Shown here: piece by piece, positions 40,941-49,937 of the stretch
Position numbering within the stretch: the first letter of the stretch is position 1
How the letters are laid out: each line of letters starts with the position of its first letter
From: a virus
Direction: 5' to 3' (one strand)
DNA: 64,000 bases
IMG/VR virus record: IMGVR_UViG_3300045988_119718
Coordinates: 64,001-128,000 of that record
The notes under the pieces: model-generated
Seen by the model: only the letters and a program-made list of their open reading frames with translations
Told to the model about the DNA's origin: nothing
Databases searched by the model: none
Made by a program: the position numbers and the translations under genes

Positions 40941-43220
40941 TTATCTTTCACCTTTAAAATTTTTAAAATTCATGTTTTTAGCTATTTGCTTCTTAGCTAT
41001 TTCCTCTGGGTCTTCTCCAAAGTTAGTAAACACTGAGTCTGGTATTTTAAACTTGTTAGCTTTATTAGTGGATATTAATTGTTCCTCTGGAATCTGAGAA
41101 TATTCAGCATATGCTTTTCTTACTGCTTTATTTTGAATCATATCCATAAGCATTTGTTCTTCTTGATTTCTTTGTTTTTTCATAAACTCAGAGAACATAG
41201 TACCCATACCAATCTTTAAAGTTTTTAAACACTCATCTACTTCTTTTCTAGTACTGTTTTCATCTTCTATAGGAATTTTAAACTCTTCTACTATTTCAGT
41301 GTACTTTTGTTCTAGGTCTTTACCTATATTATCATCAACAGAATCTTCTGTTTTAATTACACCTTTATCAATATTAAAGTTTTCTTTTAAATACTTACCT
41401 TCATACCAAACATATAATGCCATTAAATATGAGAATACTAAATCATCGTGAGAATTATCAGAGTGTTCTACTTTACCATTTTTCTTAACTACCATTTTAG
41501 ATAGTTCATCATACATAGTAGGAGAAGGCATTTTATCTTTATGCCTTTCCATTCTTTCTCTAAGTATTTCTATAAGTAAATCACGAGAACCTTTAGATGA
41601 ATCTAATCCATATACTTTAGTTTTTCTCTTTACTCTAATTGGTCTTCCTAATTCATCTGAAGTTTCTTCCATTACTCTTTCTTTGATTTCATAATAAAGA
41701 TTATCTTTAATTCCACCTGGTTCTTTTAATTTAGCAATAAGAGATGCTCCAAATCCTCCATTACGCTCGATATTTACTACCGCATTAGGCATCATTGCTT
41801 TAACCATCCAGATTAAAGTTCTTGCTAAATCAGGTATAGTCATATAGTTGCATTTTAAACCAGCGATAAATTGTGTAGTTTTAGAATCTATTACAGATAT
41901 TGCAGTATAGTCTCGTCTATATCCACCAGATACATCGACACCTATTATAGGAGGATTTATAGGTAACCCTGTAATAGATAATGGTATAGTATTATATATT
42001 TTGAATGGGTATTTATTTAATATTAATACTTCTCTTATAGGCTCATGTATCATACCTCTAAGAGTTTCTAAATCATCTTGACTAAATGGAGAATTTTCTG
42101 GAGTATCTATCCATTCGAGTAAAATTTCTCGACGTATATCTACCATCTTCCACATCATGTTTTTACATTGATCATAGAACCATTTTTCTCCCAATCCAAG
42201 TTGTTTATAAGAATACTTTATATATACAAATATGGAATTCATATTATTATTTATGATATCCATAATTTGTTCGTAAGTTAAGTCATACCATCGTTCATTA
42301 AATGGTGTAGCATTTTGTATCATATCATACGCAAATTGACCTTCAAAAGTAGACAATCTGCCTGGGGTAGTAGTTATAGTAATACCATATGGTACATTAG
42401 CTCTTTTAGCATTAATAAATGCTTTATTTAATGCTGGCATAGAGTTTACATAGATAGTAGAGTTAAATGCCGTGAATGCCCATTCGTCAGCCCACCACAT
42501 AGTAATGGTTTGACCTCTTAATAGGTTAGCTGCTGCTGTTTCATTTCTAGCACCAGGAACAGTTCTAATGATATTATGGTTTACTGGATGCTGTATAGTC
42601 TGTACAGTAGAAGGTAATTTCTTCTTTTTACCATTTATCACAGAGAACTCTTGAGATAATTGTAACCATGATGGTAATAAATCTCTAACAGCTTTAAATG
42701 ATTCCAAGTTTCGCTTAGCATCTTGATTCTGCTTATTCATAAATGTAATATTAGAATTAGCAGAAGCAAAGTTATATACATAAAGATATCTTACTATCGC
42801 TGCCATGGTTTTACCAACCTGACGAGGCATTTCAAAAAATAAATTCATATTATACATAGAGCAAAAATTAAAGGCTAAGTTGCCTCTATTAAGCTCATAT
42901 CTAACACCTCTAGGGTTACCATTAGCAGTTACTCTAACTACTTCTCTTAAGAAATACCAATAGTTTCTCTGTACTTCTCTATATATCTTCATTTTCATTT
43001 CCAAAGATAAGCTAGGATCATATGGATCTACACCAGCTAAATCTGGGTCAAATAAAGACAGCATAAATTTATTATTCTTAATACCAATACTCTTCAAATA
43101 ATAATGCATATTAATAAATGACTTATTAGCTGTAGACATTTGGTAATATATCTTTTGGGGAGCATATTGTATTTGCCTAGGTTGTTGCTGAGCAATTAAA
43201 TTAGATATTAAATCCGCCAA
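40941..43220 (-). CDS. terL: terminase large subunit (T4 gp17-like ATPase + nuclease)
   Basis: Walker A MPRQVGKT (cf. gp17 SRQLGKT), Walker B MWWADEWAF, and C-terminal RNaseH-like nuclease region IIGVDVSGGYRRDYTAISVID. Confidence 0.7.
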   Translation of the reverse strand: MADLISNLIAQQQPRQIQYAPQKIYYQMSTANKSFINMHYYLKSIGIKNNKFMLSLFDPDLAGVDPYDPSLSLEMKMKIYREVQRNYWYFLREVVRVTANGNPRGVRYELNRGNLAFNFCSMYNMNLFFEMPRQVGKTMAAIVRYLYVYNFASANSNITFMNKQNQDAKRNLESFKAVRDLLPSWLQLSQEFSVINGKKKKLPSTVQTIQHPVNHNIIRTVPGARNETAAANLLRGQTITMWWADEWAFTAFNSTIYVNSMPALNKAFINAKRANVPYGITITTTPGRLSTFEGQFAYDMIQNATPFNERWYDLTYEQIMDIINNNMNSIFVYIKYSYKQLGLGEKWFYDQCKNMMWKMVDIRREILLEWIDTPENSPFSQDDLETLRGMIHEPIREVLILNKYPFKIYNTIPLSITGLPINPPIIGVDVSGGYRRDYTAISVIDSKTTQFIAGLKCNYMTIPDLARTLIWMVKAMMPNAVVNIERNGGFGASLIAKLKEPGGIKDNLYYEIKERVMEETSDELGRPIRVKRKTKVYGLDSSKGSRDLLIEILRERMERHKDKMPSPTMYDELSKMVVKKNGKVEHSDNSHDDLVFSYLMALYVWYEGKYLKENFNIDKGVIKTEDSVDDNIGKDLEQKYTEIVEEFKIPIEDENSTRKEVDECLKTLKIGMGTMFSEFMKKQRNQEEQMLMDMIQNKAVRKAYAEYSQIPEEQLISTNKANKFKIPDSVFTNFGEDPEEIAKKQIAKNMNFKNFKGER

Positions 43221-43261
43221 TATTGTTTCCTCCTTTCCTCTAAATTAATAAAATGTTTTAA

Positions 43262-43294
43262 ATAAAAAAAAAGAGAGGTCTAAACCTCTCTTTA
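43262..43294 (-). terminator. stem-loop terminator AAAGAGAGGTCTAAACCTCTCTTT (copy 1)
   Basis: Hairpin with the T-run on the minus strand; near-identical copy at 43686-43714. Confidence 0.6.
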
Positions 43295-43339
43295 TAAACG
43301 GCAGTTAATTATTGCCGTAAAAATAATTGAACACTTTTA

Positions 43340-43645
43340 CTAATTCTTTTTAGCACAAGCACTCTTAATAATGTTGAATGCTTCATGTGCTTTAGCACTA
43401 GATACATGATCTCTCTTACAGAGGAATTCACCATCATTAATAGCGTTGAATTCGATAGTATCATGAAACAGATTAACCGAAATCCAATATCCGTTACTAT
43501 TGATACTAAAGAATACTTCGCATATACCAAAATTAACAAAGAGAATTTTAGTACCCTCTCTACTAATTACTTGTTTGAGCAAGATAATCGTTTTATCCGC
43601 ACTGCTCAAATTATTTGGCGTTGCTTTCGGTAGTGTTTCTTTCAT
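43340..43645 (-). CDS. hypothetical protein (101 aa)
   Basis: ORF flanked by the two near-identical hairpins. Confidence 0.45.
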   Translation of the reverse strand: MKETLPKATPNNLSSADKTIILLKQVISREGTKILFVNFGICEVFFSINSNGYWISVNLFHDTIEFNAINDGEFLCKRDHVSSAKAHEAFNIIKSACAKKN

Positions 43646-43685
43646 AGTATTTTCCTCCTTCTAATAACATAGTAAATTATAGCAA

Positions 43686-43714
43686 AAAAAGAGAGATCTA
43701 AACCTCTCTTTAGA
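43686..43714 (-). terminator. stem-loop terminator AAAGAGAGATCTAAACCTCTCTTT (copy 2)
   Basis: Differs at one position from copy 1. Confidence 0.6.
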
Positions 43715-43718
43715 ATTG

Positions 43719-44042
43719 TCAGTCAATGACCGACAGTCCACGGCAGCCACATGGTCTGCCGTCCTCGCCACGAATCATCGGGCCAGGAACTAAAAGGTCT
43801 TTACGACCTTTTGCAGCCGACGCTACCAGTCGGCTGACAACCAGAAATGTTTCTGGCTGTGCTTCAGGGAGATTAATTACCTCCCCGAAGACTTGCTTAG
43901 TAACGGCAATGCCGTTAATAGAAGCTACATGAGCTTCTGTCTGAGTGCATCTAGGAACAATCCCAGATGCCTCAATAGTGAGGATGGTTCCATCCTCACA
44001 AACTACATCTAACTGATGAGGCGTGCAATTTACGATTTTCAT
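43719..44042 (-). CDS. hypothetical protein (107 aa) encoded by a GC-rich (>50% GC) islet
   Basis: The ORF composition (CCACGGCAGCCACATGGTCTGCCGTCCTCGCC...) contrasts sharply with the ~30% GC genome. Protein MKIVNCTPHQLDVV...GEDGRPCGCRGLSVID is not recognised. Confidence 0.5.
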   Translation of the reverse strand: MKIVNCTPHQLDVVCEDGTILTIEASGIVPRCTQTEAHVASINGIAVTKQVFGEVINLPEAQPETFLVVSRLVASAAKGRKDLLVPGPMIRGEDGRPCGCRGLSVID

Positions 44043-44110
44043 AATGATTTCCTCCTTTGGAAAACTATATACATTATCATAGTTATAATATATAATACAA
44101 AAAATAAAAT

Positions 44111-44140
44111 ATTACACTACTCCATATGGAGTAGTGTAAT
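44111..44140 (-). terminator. stem-loop ATTACACTACTCCATATGGAGTAGTGTAAT
   Basis: 12-bp perfect stem between genes. Confidence 0.5.
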
Positions 44141-44155
44141 ATTTATTATAACTTA

Positions 44156-44515
44156 TTATCTATCTACATAAACCATAGCTCGCTGAACACCAAATTCATA
44201 GCATTCAGCAAGACTATTCATATAGATATCAATAGCACCATCTGTACCACAGATATCATTCACTACATACCAATTATCATTAATCATAACTCTAGTTCCT
44301 AATGGTAAGAAGTTTGCTGCAACTCCTCCTACATAAGGAACCTCTCCTGTAGCAGTAAGCCCACTTGGTGAAGAATCTAACGTATACGCATATAATTCTA
44401 CTTCAATCCATTCAGCTGAAGTAGTATTATAATTCCCAAATAAACTAATAATCGTAAATAAAATAATCAAATACAATTTCTTCATCATAAAGCTTCCTTC
44501 CAATAAAATACACAA
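44156..44515 (-). CDS. secreted 3D-domain protein (MltA/YocH-like peptidoglycan-binding / lytic transglycosylase-like)
   Basis: Signal peptide MMKKLYLIILFTIISLFG. 3D-domain pattern LTATGEVPYVGGVAANFLPLGTRVMIND...DICGTDGAIDIY. Confidence 0.6.
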   Translation of the reverse strand: MCILLEGSFMMKKLYLIILFTIISLFGNYNTTSAEWIEVELYAYTLDSSPSGLTATGEVPYVGGVAANFLPLGTRVMINDNWYVVNDICGTDGAIDIYMNSLAECYEFGVQRAMVYVDR

Positions 44516-44605
44516 AACAAAAACTTTTGAATAACTGATTACTGTAGTGTTATTAAAACTTTGATATCTATACCTACCTATACAGATAGGTATAGAGCAG
44601 CATTA

Positions 44606-45097
44606 TTATTCTAAAACACCATTATAGCAATACTCTTTAATACCCTTAATATAGTAATCATCCTTCACATCTAAAACTAAGAATCCATATTCTTTAAATA
44701 TTTTATCGTAGATTTCAAAGTATTTGCATTTACTAGATAAAGTAACTAAAGGCATATCTACCTTTAATTCAGTAATAGCCTTATCTATTAAAGCTCTTAT
44801 AATATCATCATACTCATTTTTGAACTTAGTATTTACCCAAATAGTGCAAATCTTTTTTTCACCTTGATAGTCTTTAATGATTAGACATCCTTTTTTAATA
44901 GTTTTTGTATCATCCATTAAAAATATAATTTTTCTTTTTCTTGAATTAACTTCAGGAATTACTTTCTCAAATAACCATTTTCTACTTTTAGGATATAATG
45001 ATACTAAAGAATTTATCATTTCTTTAGGCAAAATTTTATCTTTACCTCTTTCAGTAATTTTAATAAGTTCAACAAACAGTGTATTCTTATACTTCAT
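44606..45097 (-). CDS. hypothetical protein (163 aa)
   Basis: ORF. Confidence 0.45.
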   Translation of the reverse strand: MKYKNTLFVELIKITERGKDKILPKEMINSLVSLYPKSRKWLFEKVIPEVNSRKRKIIFLMDDTKTIKKGCLIIKDYQGEKKICTIWVNTKFKNEYDDIIRALIDKAITELKVDMPLVTLSSKCKYFEIYDKIFKEYGFLVLDVKDDYYIKGIKEYCYNGVLE

Positions 45098-46698
45098 CTC
45101 ATTCTACTCTCTCTTTCATTTTTAGTTTGTAATGCTGCCTGATAGTTTTCTTCTAGTACAGAATCATCGATGATATACTTTTCATTATCATCATCCCATA
45201 CAAACTTACTAAAATATGTTTCTTCTACAGAAGTAGCATATTTTTCAAATATAGATTTTTTGGATTCATAGCATCCTTTGCATGCATCAAATCCAATATC
45301 TACAAATTCCATATAAGTAGTATCACTATCTCTAGTTCTACCTAACGATTGTCTGGCTAATACTTTAGACTTAAATGGTTCAGCTAATACTACAGTCATT
45401 TTAAGACCTTTAATATCAATAGCTGCACCACAAGATTTAGTAGTAGATAAAATAATCATCTTATCTAATTGCTGTTCTTTGATAAACTTATTCTTCTCGA
45501 TAGAAGTATAAATACCAATATTATTACTCATATATGGATAATTAGCTACAATATAATCATAGACTATTTTAATAGCAGCATTAGTACCAATATATATTAA
45601 AGTCTTACTATTGGTACTAATAATGATTTCCATTAAGATAGTAATGATTTTAAACAAGTAGTCTTTACCTTGTTTAGTAGTAATAAAACTACAGTATTTG
45701 TTTCTATCGAATCCATATCTATTAGTACACCATCTCTGTTGACCTGGTGTAGGATGAGAGTTAAATAATACAGATACATATCTTGTATGAGGATCTGTTT
45801 CTTCATTAAATAAATCTATCTTAGGCATACATCTAAAAGTTTCTTGATATACAGCATCTTCTCCTCTATCAGATCTAGCAGGAGTAGCAGTTAGATATAA
45901 AGTCTTTCTAGTATTAGTATAGAAATCAGTCTTCCAAATATCATCAAACAATAAATGAGCTTCATCATAAATCTTTAAACCAACTCTAAGTTTCTTAAAT
46001 AATTCTGTAATCTTAGTCCAGTCTTCAGATTTACCATTTTCAGTAGCATATGCATGAATAGTTTGATGAGATGCTAAAAAGTATTTAATCTTAGAAATAT
46101 CTACCATACCATTTAAAATCATAGCAATACTAGTTCTACCAGTAATAATATAAATTTCAGATGGTTTGGTATCAGTATATTCTAAAATTCTATCTTTCCA
46201 CTGTTTAATCCACCCAGTAGAAGAAGTAATCATAATACTTCTCATACCAAAGTATGCAGATGAAAATATAGTTACAAAGGTTTTACCTGCACCAGTATTA
46301 AGATTAACTCCTAACTGAGTGAATCTAGCAGTATCAGCATATTCATCTTTACCTAAAATAAACTTAATAGCTTTAAGCTGTGTTTCATTTCTTGGTTGGT
46401 ATTTAAGATTAATCTGTAATCCATCATCATATGGATCCCATGATGTATGAAAGTTAGGAGCAGTATTAAGTTTATCCGCTAACCAAGCAATATCCATTGA
46501 TCTAGGCAAAGTAAGAATCTTATTCTTAGCATCATACCACATAGCTTTATTAGTATACTGATTTAAAGTTTTATCAAATACACTAAACATTTCTTGTACT
46601 TCAGGGCAATCATTTACTTCATAACCAATAAGTTGTATACAAGTATTATAAACCTCTATAGATACATTATGTGATAAAAACATAACTTCTCCTTTCAC
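45094..46698 (-). CDS. SF2 DEAD/DEAH-box helicase (UvsW-like)
   Basis: Motif I NTGAGKTFV, motif II IYDEAHLL, and helicase C-terminal domain features. Confidence 0.65.
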   Translation of the reverse strand: MKGEVMFLSHNVSIEVYNTCIQLIGYEVNDCPEVQEMFSVFDKTLNQYTNKAMWYDAKNKILTLPRSMDIAWLADKLNTAPNFHTSWDPYDDGLQINLKYQPRNETQLKAIKFILGKDEYADTARFTQLGVNLNTGAGKTFVTIFSSAYFGMRSIMITSSTGWIKQWKDRILEYTDTKPSEIYIITGRTSIAMILNGMVDISKIKYFLASHQTIHAYATENGKSEDWTKITELFKKLRVGLKIYDEAHLLFDDIWKTDFYTNTRKTLYLTATPARSDRGEDAVYQETFRCMPKIDLFNEETDPHTRYVSVLFNSHPTPGQQRWCTNRYGFDRNKYCSFITTKQGKDYLFKIITILMEIIISTNSKTLIYIGTNAAIKIVYDYIVANYPYMSNNIGIYTSIEKNKFIKEQQLDKMIILSTTKSCGAAIDIKGLKMTVVLAEPFKSKVLARQSLGRTRDSDTTYMEFVDIGFDACKGCYESKKSIFEKYATSVEETYFSKFVWDDDNEKYIIDDSVLEENYQAALQTKNERESRMR

Positions 46699-46964
46699 TA
46701 TTTAAGAATACTGTTTAACCAAATTACGAAATAATCATCTGCTGGAGAATTAATGAATCCTATAGTATAAAGAACACCTTTACAACTATTAAGAATCACT
46801 AGTGCAGCACATAACGCAATATACCATTTAGCTCCCAGCATAAACAAAGCATAGAATACAGAATCATTTTTATGCTTTGGATTTACTGGGGTATAAATAG
46901 TTACTTTAAAGAAAAGATAAGTAACCACAAATACAATCAAACCTTCAAGTACAATATATAGCAT
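46698..46964 (-). CDS. small membrane protein (88 aa, 2-3 TM)
   Basis: Hydrophobic ORF with ATGA overlap. Confidence 0.4.
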   Translation of the reverse strand: MLYIVLEGLIVFVVTYLFFKVTIYTPVNPKHKNDSVFYALFMLGAKWYIALCAALVILNSCKGVLYTIGFINSPADDYFVIWLNSILK

Positions 46965-46979
46965 ATTTTTTATCCTCTA

Positions 46980-49139
46980 TTAAGACTTAAAAATCGGTGT
47001 AATGAATTCTGGTTTCTTAGGCGCTTTTACTTCATTACTTAAAAATTCTTGTGGTTGTACCATAAAGAACATATCCATTCTAGATGATTCATCCTTAGCA
47101 TAAGTAATTGGATTAGTTAATGTGGATTTAAGATTCTTATATAAGAGACTAATAATAACTGATGGATTATTAGTAAGCGACTGATCTAATGAGAGAATCT
47201 GATATTCTTCATTATCATGCTCCCATTCTGGTAATTTCAATTTAGAATGCACACTTCTAATCTGATTCATAAGCATGCATTCTAGATGAACAGATTGAAT
47301 GGTAATCTTACCTTTAATAATCAGATTAATAAATTTCTTTAATAAAGAATCTTTATCCAAACCAATCAATTCATCTTTCTTGTTAATGAGACTTTCAATA
47401 TCTTTCAAGTTCTTATCGATATCGTTATTAATAATCTGGATATAGAATAATGCATTATCATTCAAAGTATTAATGAGATCTTCAATATCGATATGATACA
47501 TTCTATCACTAGCTAATGATAATCTTTTAAGATAATCAATAAAGTCTTCAGAGAAAAACATTTCAGTCATATTCTCAGAATGAATATCATATTTCTTACC
47601 ATTCGTATCTTCAAATACAAATGAAGTAATATAATTTGTAAACTGAGAAGAATCTGAGAAGGATGATTCCATATTATCTTCTTCATCAGAATCAGATTCT
47701 GTATTCTCCGTATTATCCATAATACTATTTGGATCGATAATAATATGACCAGCTTCAATATTATCATTGACATAGATCATATTTACATTATCTACATAGA
47801 AGAATTTATTAAAATTATCATTCCAATTAATCTTTTCAATTACAGTTTCAAGAAGATGTTTAGCTGACAACTGTTTCTGTGTAGTCTGTGAAGTCAACTG
47901 TTCTACCGCAAACTTACCTACTTTAAGATTAGAATTAATATAAGCAAGTTCTCCATAACATCTCTTACAAATACCATGACCATGTGCAGCGGATGCACAA
48001 GTCATTGGAGAGAAAAGATAAATTGTTTTACCAATAAGAAATGTATCAGTAGGATGAATTAAATAATCAATTCCATCTGGATTGGTTCTATAATATCTTC
48101 CTGTAAGCATACTAAGGATTTTGCTATTATCGATAGTAATCACAATAGGATTATGAGTATTACACTTATAATCCAAATCAGTGTTTAATACAGTATCAAT
48201 ATTATTAATACCCATGATACGAGCAAAGTTACCAGAAGATGATGTATTGTGCTTAACAATAATCTGTGCAACTCTAGAAGATGCAGAGTCTACAAACTGG
48301 TCTGCTACATGCTGTAAACCGCCCATAAGATAAGATCTATCAATGATATGAGGATGTACACCACCAGTACCATCTGGTTTAGAACCAATATGAATCGCAA
48401 ATTCTTTATACTGTCTAGGGCTAACACCTTCTCCAGTTTCAAAAGAATTCTTTAAACAATGATCGTATCCTAAAACAGATTTAGAATTCTTGATAATTTC
48501 GATGCTTCTATCTGCTTTATCCATACCAATATCTTTTACATCTTCGATACTTTTATCAATAAGTGATGTATGAACAAGATTATTGAATTCTGGAATATTA
48601 TTCATCAAATCGATAGTATCTTTAAGATTAATAGTATTAGCCAAGAAGAATGAAAAAGAATCTACATCAGAAAACTTAGATAAGGTATCATCGATAATAT
48701 TATTGAGAGAAATAGTGATTCTTTTCACATCCTGTTTATAGATATGACTAAACCTCTCTACAATAATAGGAATATATCTATCAAAATATTTTTTAATGCA
48801 TTTTCTATTAATTACTTTAGGACAGAATAGTGCTCTTCCATCCAAGGTAATACCACTCTTAACAACCAAATACCACATAATAATATTAAAATACAAATCG
48901 AAGATGGTTAAATCAACTACATCATTATTACCAAAATCTACAGTAATAATGAATCGTTTAATCTCTTCGGTTTCAATATTATCTTTAAGAATATTTAAGA
49001 TACCATCATAATATTCTTGCCAATTAGAACTAGTAATATCACTAGTTCTTAAATAGAATTTCCCAGTTCTAACTAAGTCTGCAAACATATAATAGTTTTG
49101 ATAGTTATTTAACATCTTACTCCTCCTTTTAAACAACAA
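46980..49139 (-). CDS. large hypothetical protein (719 aa) with a Cys/His zinc-binding cluster
   Basis: CASAAHGHGICKRCYGE cluster and an acidic SDSDEEDN patch; no family recognised. Confidence 0.5.
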   Translation of the reverse strand: MLFKRRSKMLNNYQNYYMFADLVRTGKFYLRTSDITSSNWQEYYDGILNILKDNIETEEIKRFIITVDFGNNDVVDLTIFDLYFNIIMWYLVVKSGITLDGRALFCPKVINRKCIKKYFDRYIPIIVERFSHIYKQDVKRITISLNNIIDDTLSKFSDVDSFSFFLANTINLKDTIDLMNNIPEFNNLVHTSLIDKSIEDVKDIGMDKADRSIEIIKNSKSVLGYDHCLKNSFETGEGVSPRQYKEFAIHIGSKPDGTGGVHPHIIDRSYLMGGLQHVADQFVDSASSRVAQIIVKHNTSSSGNFARIMGINNIDTVLNTDLDYKCNTHNPIVITIDNSKILSMLTGRYYRTNPDGIDYLIHPTDTFLIGKTIYLFSPMTCASAAHGHGICKRCYGELAYINSNLKVGKFAVEQLTSQTTQKQLSAKHLLETVIEKINWNDNFNKFFYVDNVNMIYVNDNIEAGHIIIDPNSIMDNTENTESDSDEEDNMESSFSDSSQFTNYITSFVFEDTNGKKYDIHSENMTEMFFSEDFIDYLKRLSLASDRMYHIDIEDLINTLNDNALFYIQIINNDIDKNLKDIESLINKKDELIGLDKDSLLKKFINLIIKGKITIQSVHLECMLMNQIRSVHSKLKLPEWEHDNEEYQILSLDQSLTNNPSVIISLLYKNLKSTLTNPITYAKDESSRMDMFFMVQPQEFLSNEVKAPKKPEFITPIFKS

Positions 49140-49368
49140 GGTTAAAAACCTTAATATGAAGTTCCCATGAACTTCATTATCAATTATATAATATATATTT
49201 GAGTAATACTTTTATTTGTAATTTATCTATGTTACCTTAGCGAAAGAAAGGAGAAATAAAGTGAATACCAAAAAGAGAGAGCGAGAGCCATATGACTCTC
49301 GCCAAAAAGTTTTATACTCGATAGCAATAATAAATTTTAAAATAGAGAGATAAAAATAAGAGATAAAA

Positions 49369-49788
49369 TTAATTGTTACCAAAAGTCGTTTTGGTATAAT
49401 AACGCGGATTAGTTTTAAGAATAGCTTTCTGTGCTTTAACAACATCACGCTTAACATTGTTACCATAACGCTTAACGATGTTAGCAATAGCAAGTTTCTT
49501 AAGCATATGAGCTTTCTTAAGTCTCTTCCAGTCAGAAGAATTCTGTTCTTTAGCTTTCTGCATAGCTGCAAGAGTAATACGTCTATTATAATCATCCTGT
49601 TTAGAAAGACGAACAATGGTTCTACGACCAATAGCTTTGGCTTCTACGAGAGCATTTACCTCATCAGATTCAAGGTACTGCTTACGTTCTTCATCGTCCA
49701 TATGGTTGACATAATCGACAAAAAAGGATTCAAATAAAGCGGTAGCATCTTGAATGCCAGCTTCTTGAGTATCATCAATATATGACAC
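49369..49788 (-). CDS. hypothetical basic protein (139 aa)
   Basis: ORF. The overlapping ORF 49227-49631 in another frame is treated as spurious. Confidence 0.45.
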   Translation of the reverse strand: MSYIDDTQEAGIQDATALFESFFVDYVNHMDDEERKQYLESDEVNALVEAKAIGRRTIVRLSKQDDYNRRITLAAMQKAKEQNSSDWKRLKKAHMLKKLAIANIVKRYGNNVKRDVVKAQKAILKTNPRYYTKTTFGNN

Positions 49789-49937
49789 GATTATTCACCT
49801 CCATAATAATTTGGTTTTATCAGTTATTCATATACCACAAATAGATGTAGTTTATTTAGATGTTATAATATTAAAGTTAAAAATAAGTTTCGTAAGTACC
49901 TTAAAATAAGTATATTTAGGAAAGAGAGGAGAAAAAT
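49789..49937. promoter_or_regulatory. divergent promoter region; candidate extended -10 TGTTATAAT upstream of the polymerase-like gene
   Basis: TTTAGATGTTATAATATT about 80 nt upstream of the RBS GAGAGGAG. Confidence 0.35.

Noticed and set aside
43262-43714. Possibility that the repeated AGAGAGG...CCTCTCT hairpins (6807, 43270, 43689) form a CRISPR-like array or mobile element ends
   Set aside because: Only isolated copies, each directly after a stop codon with flanking A/T runs. They behave like a reused intrinsic-terminator motif. No spacer-repeat periodicity and no transposase.
46980-49139. Calling the 719-aa zinc-cluster protein a primase or portal
   Set aside because: Only a Cys/His cluster (CASAAHGHGICKRCYG) is visible. 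There is no TOPRIM, AEP or portal signature, so it is left as hypothetical.
49227-49631. 134-aa minus ORF overlapping 49369-49788 in another frame
   Set aside because: Leucine/arginine-rich alternative-frame product; the longer frame with a proper upstream context is preferred.
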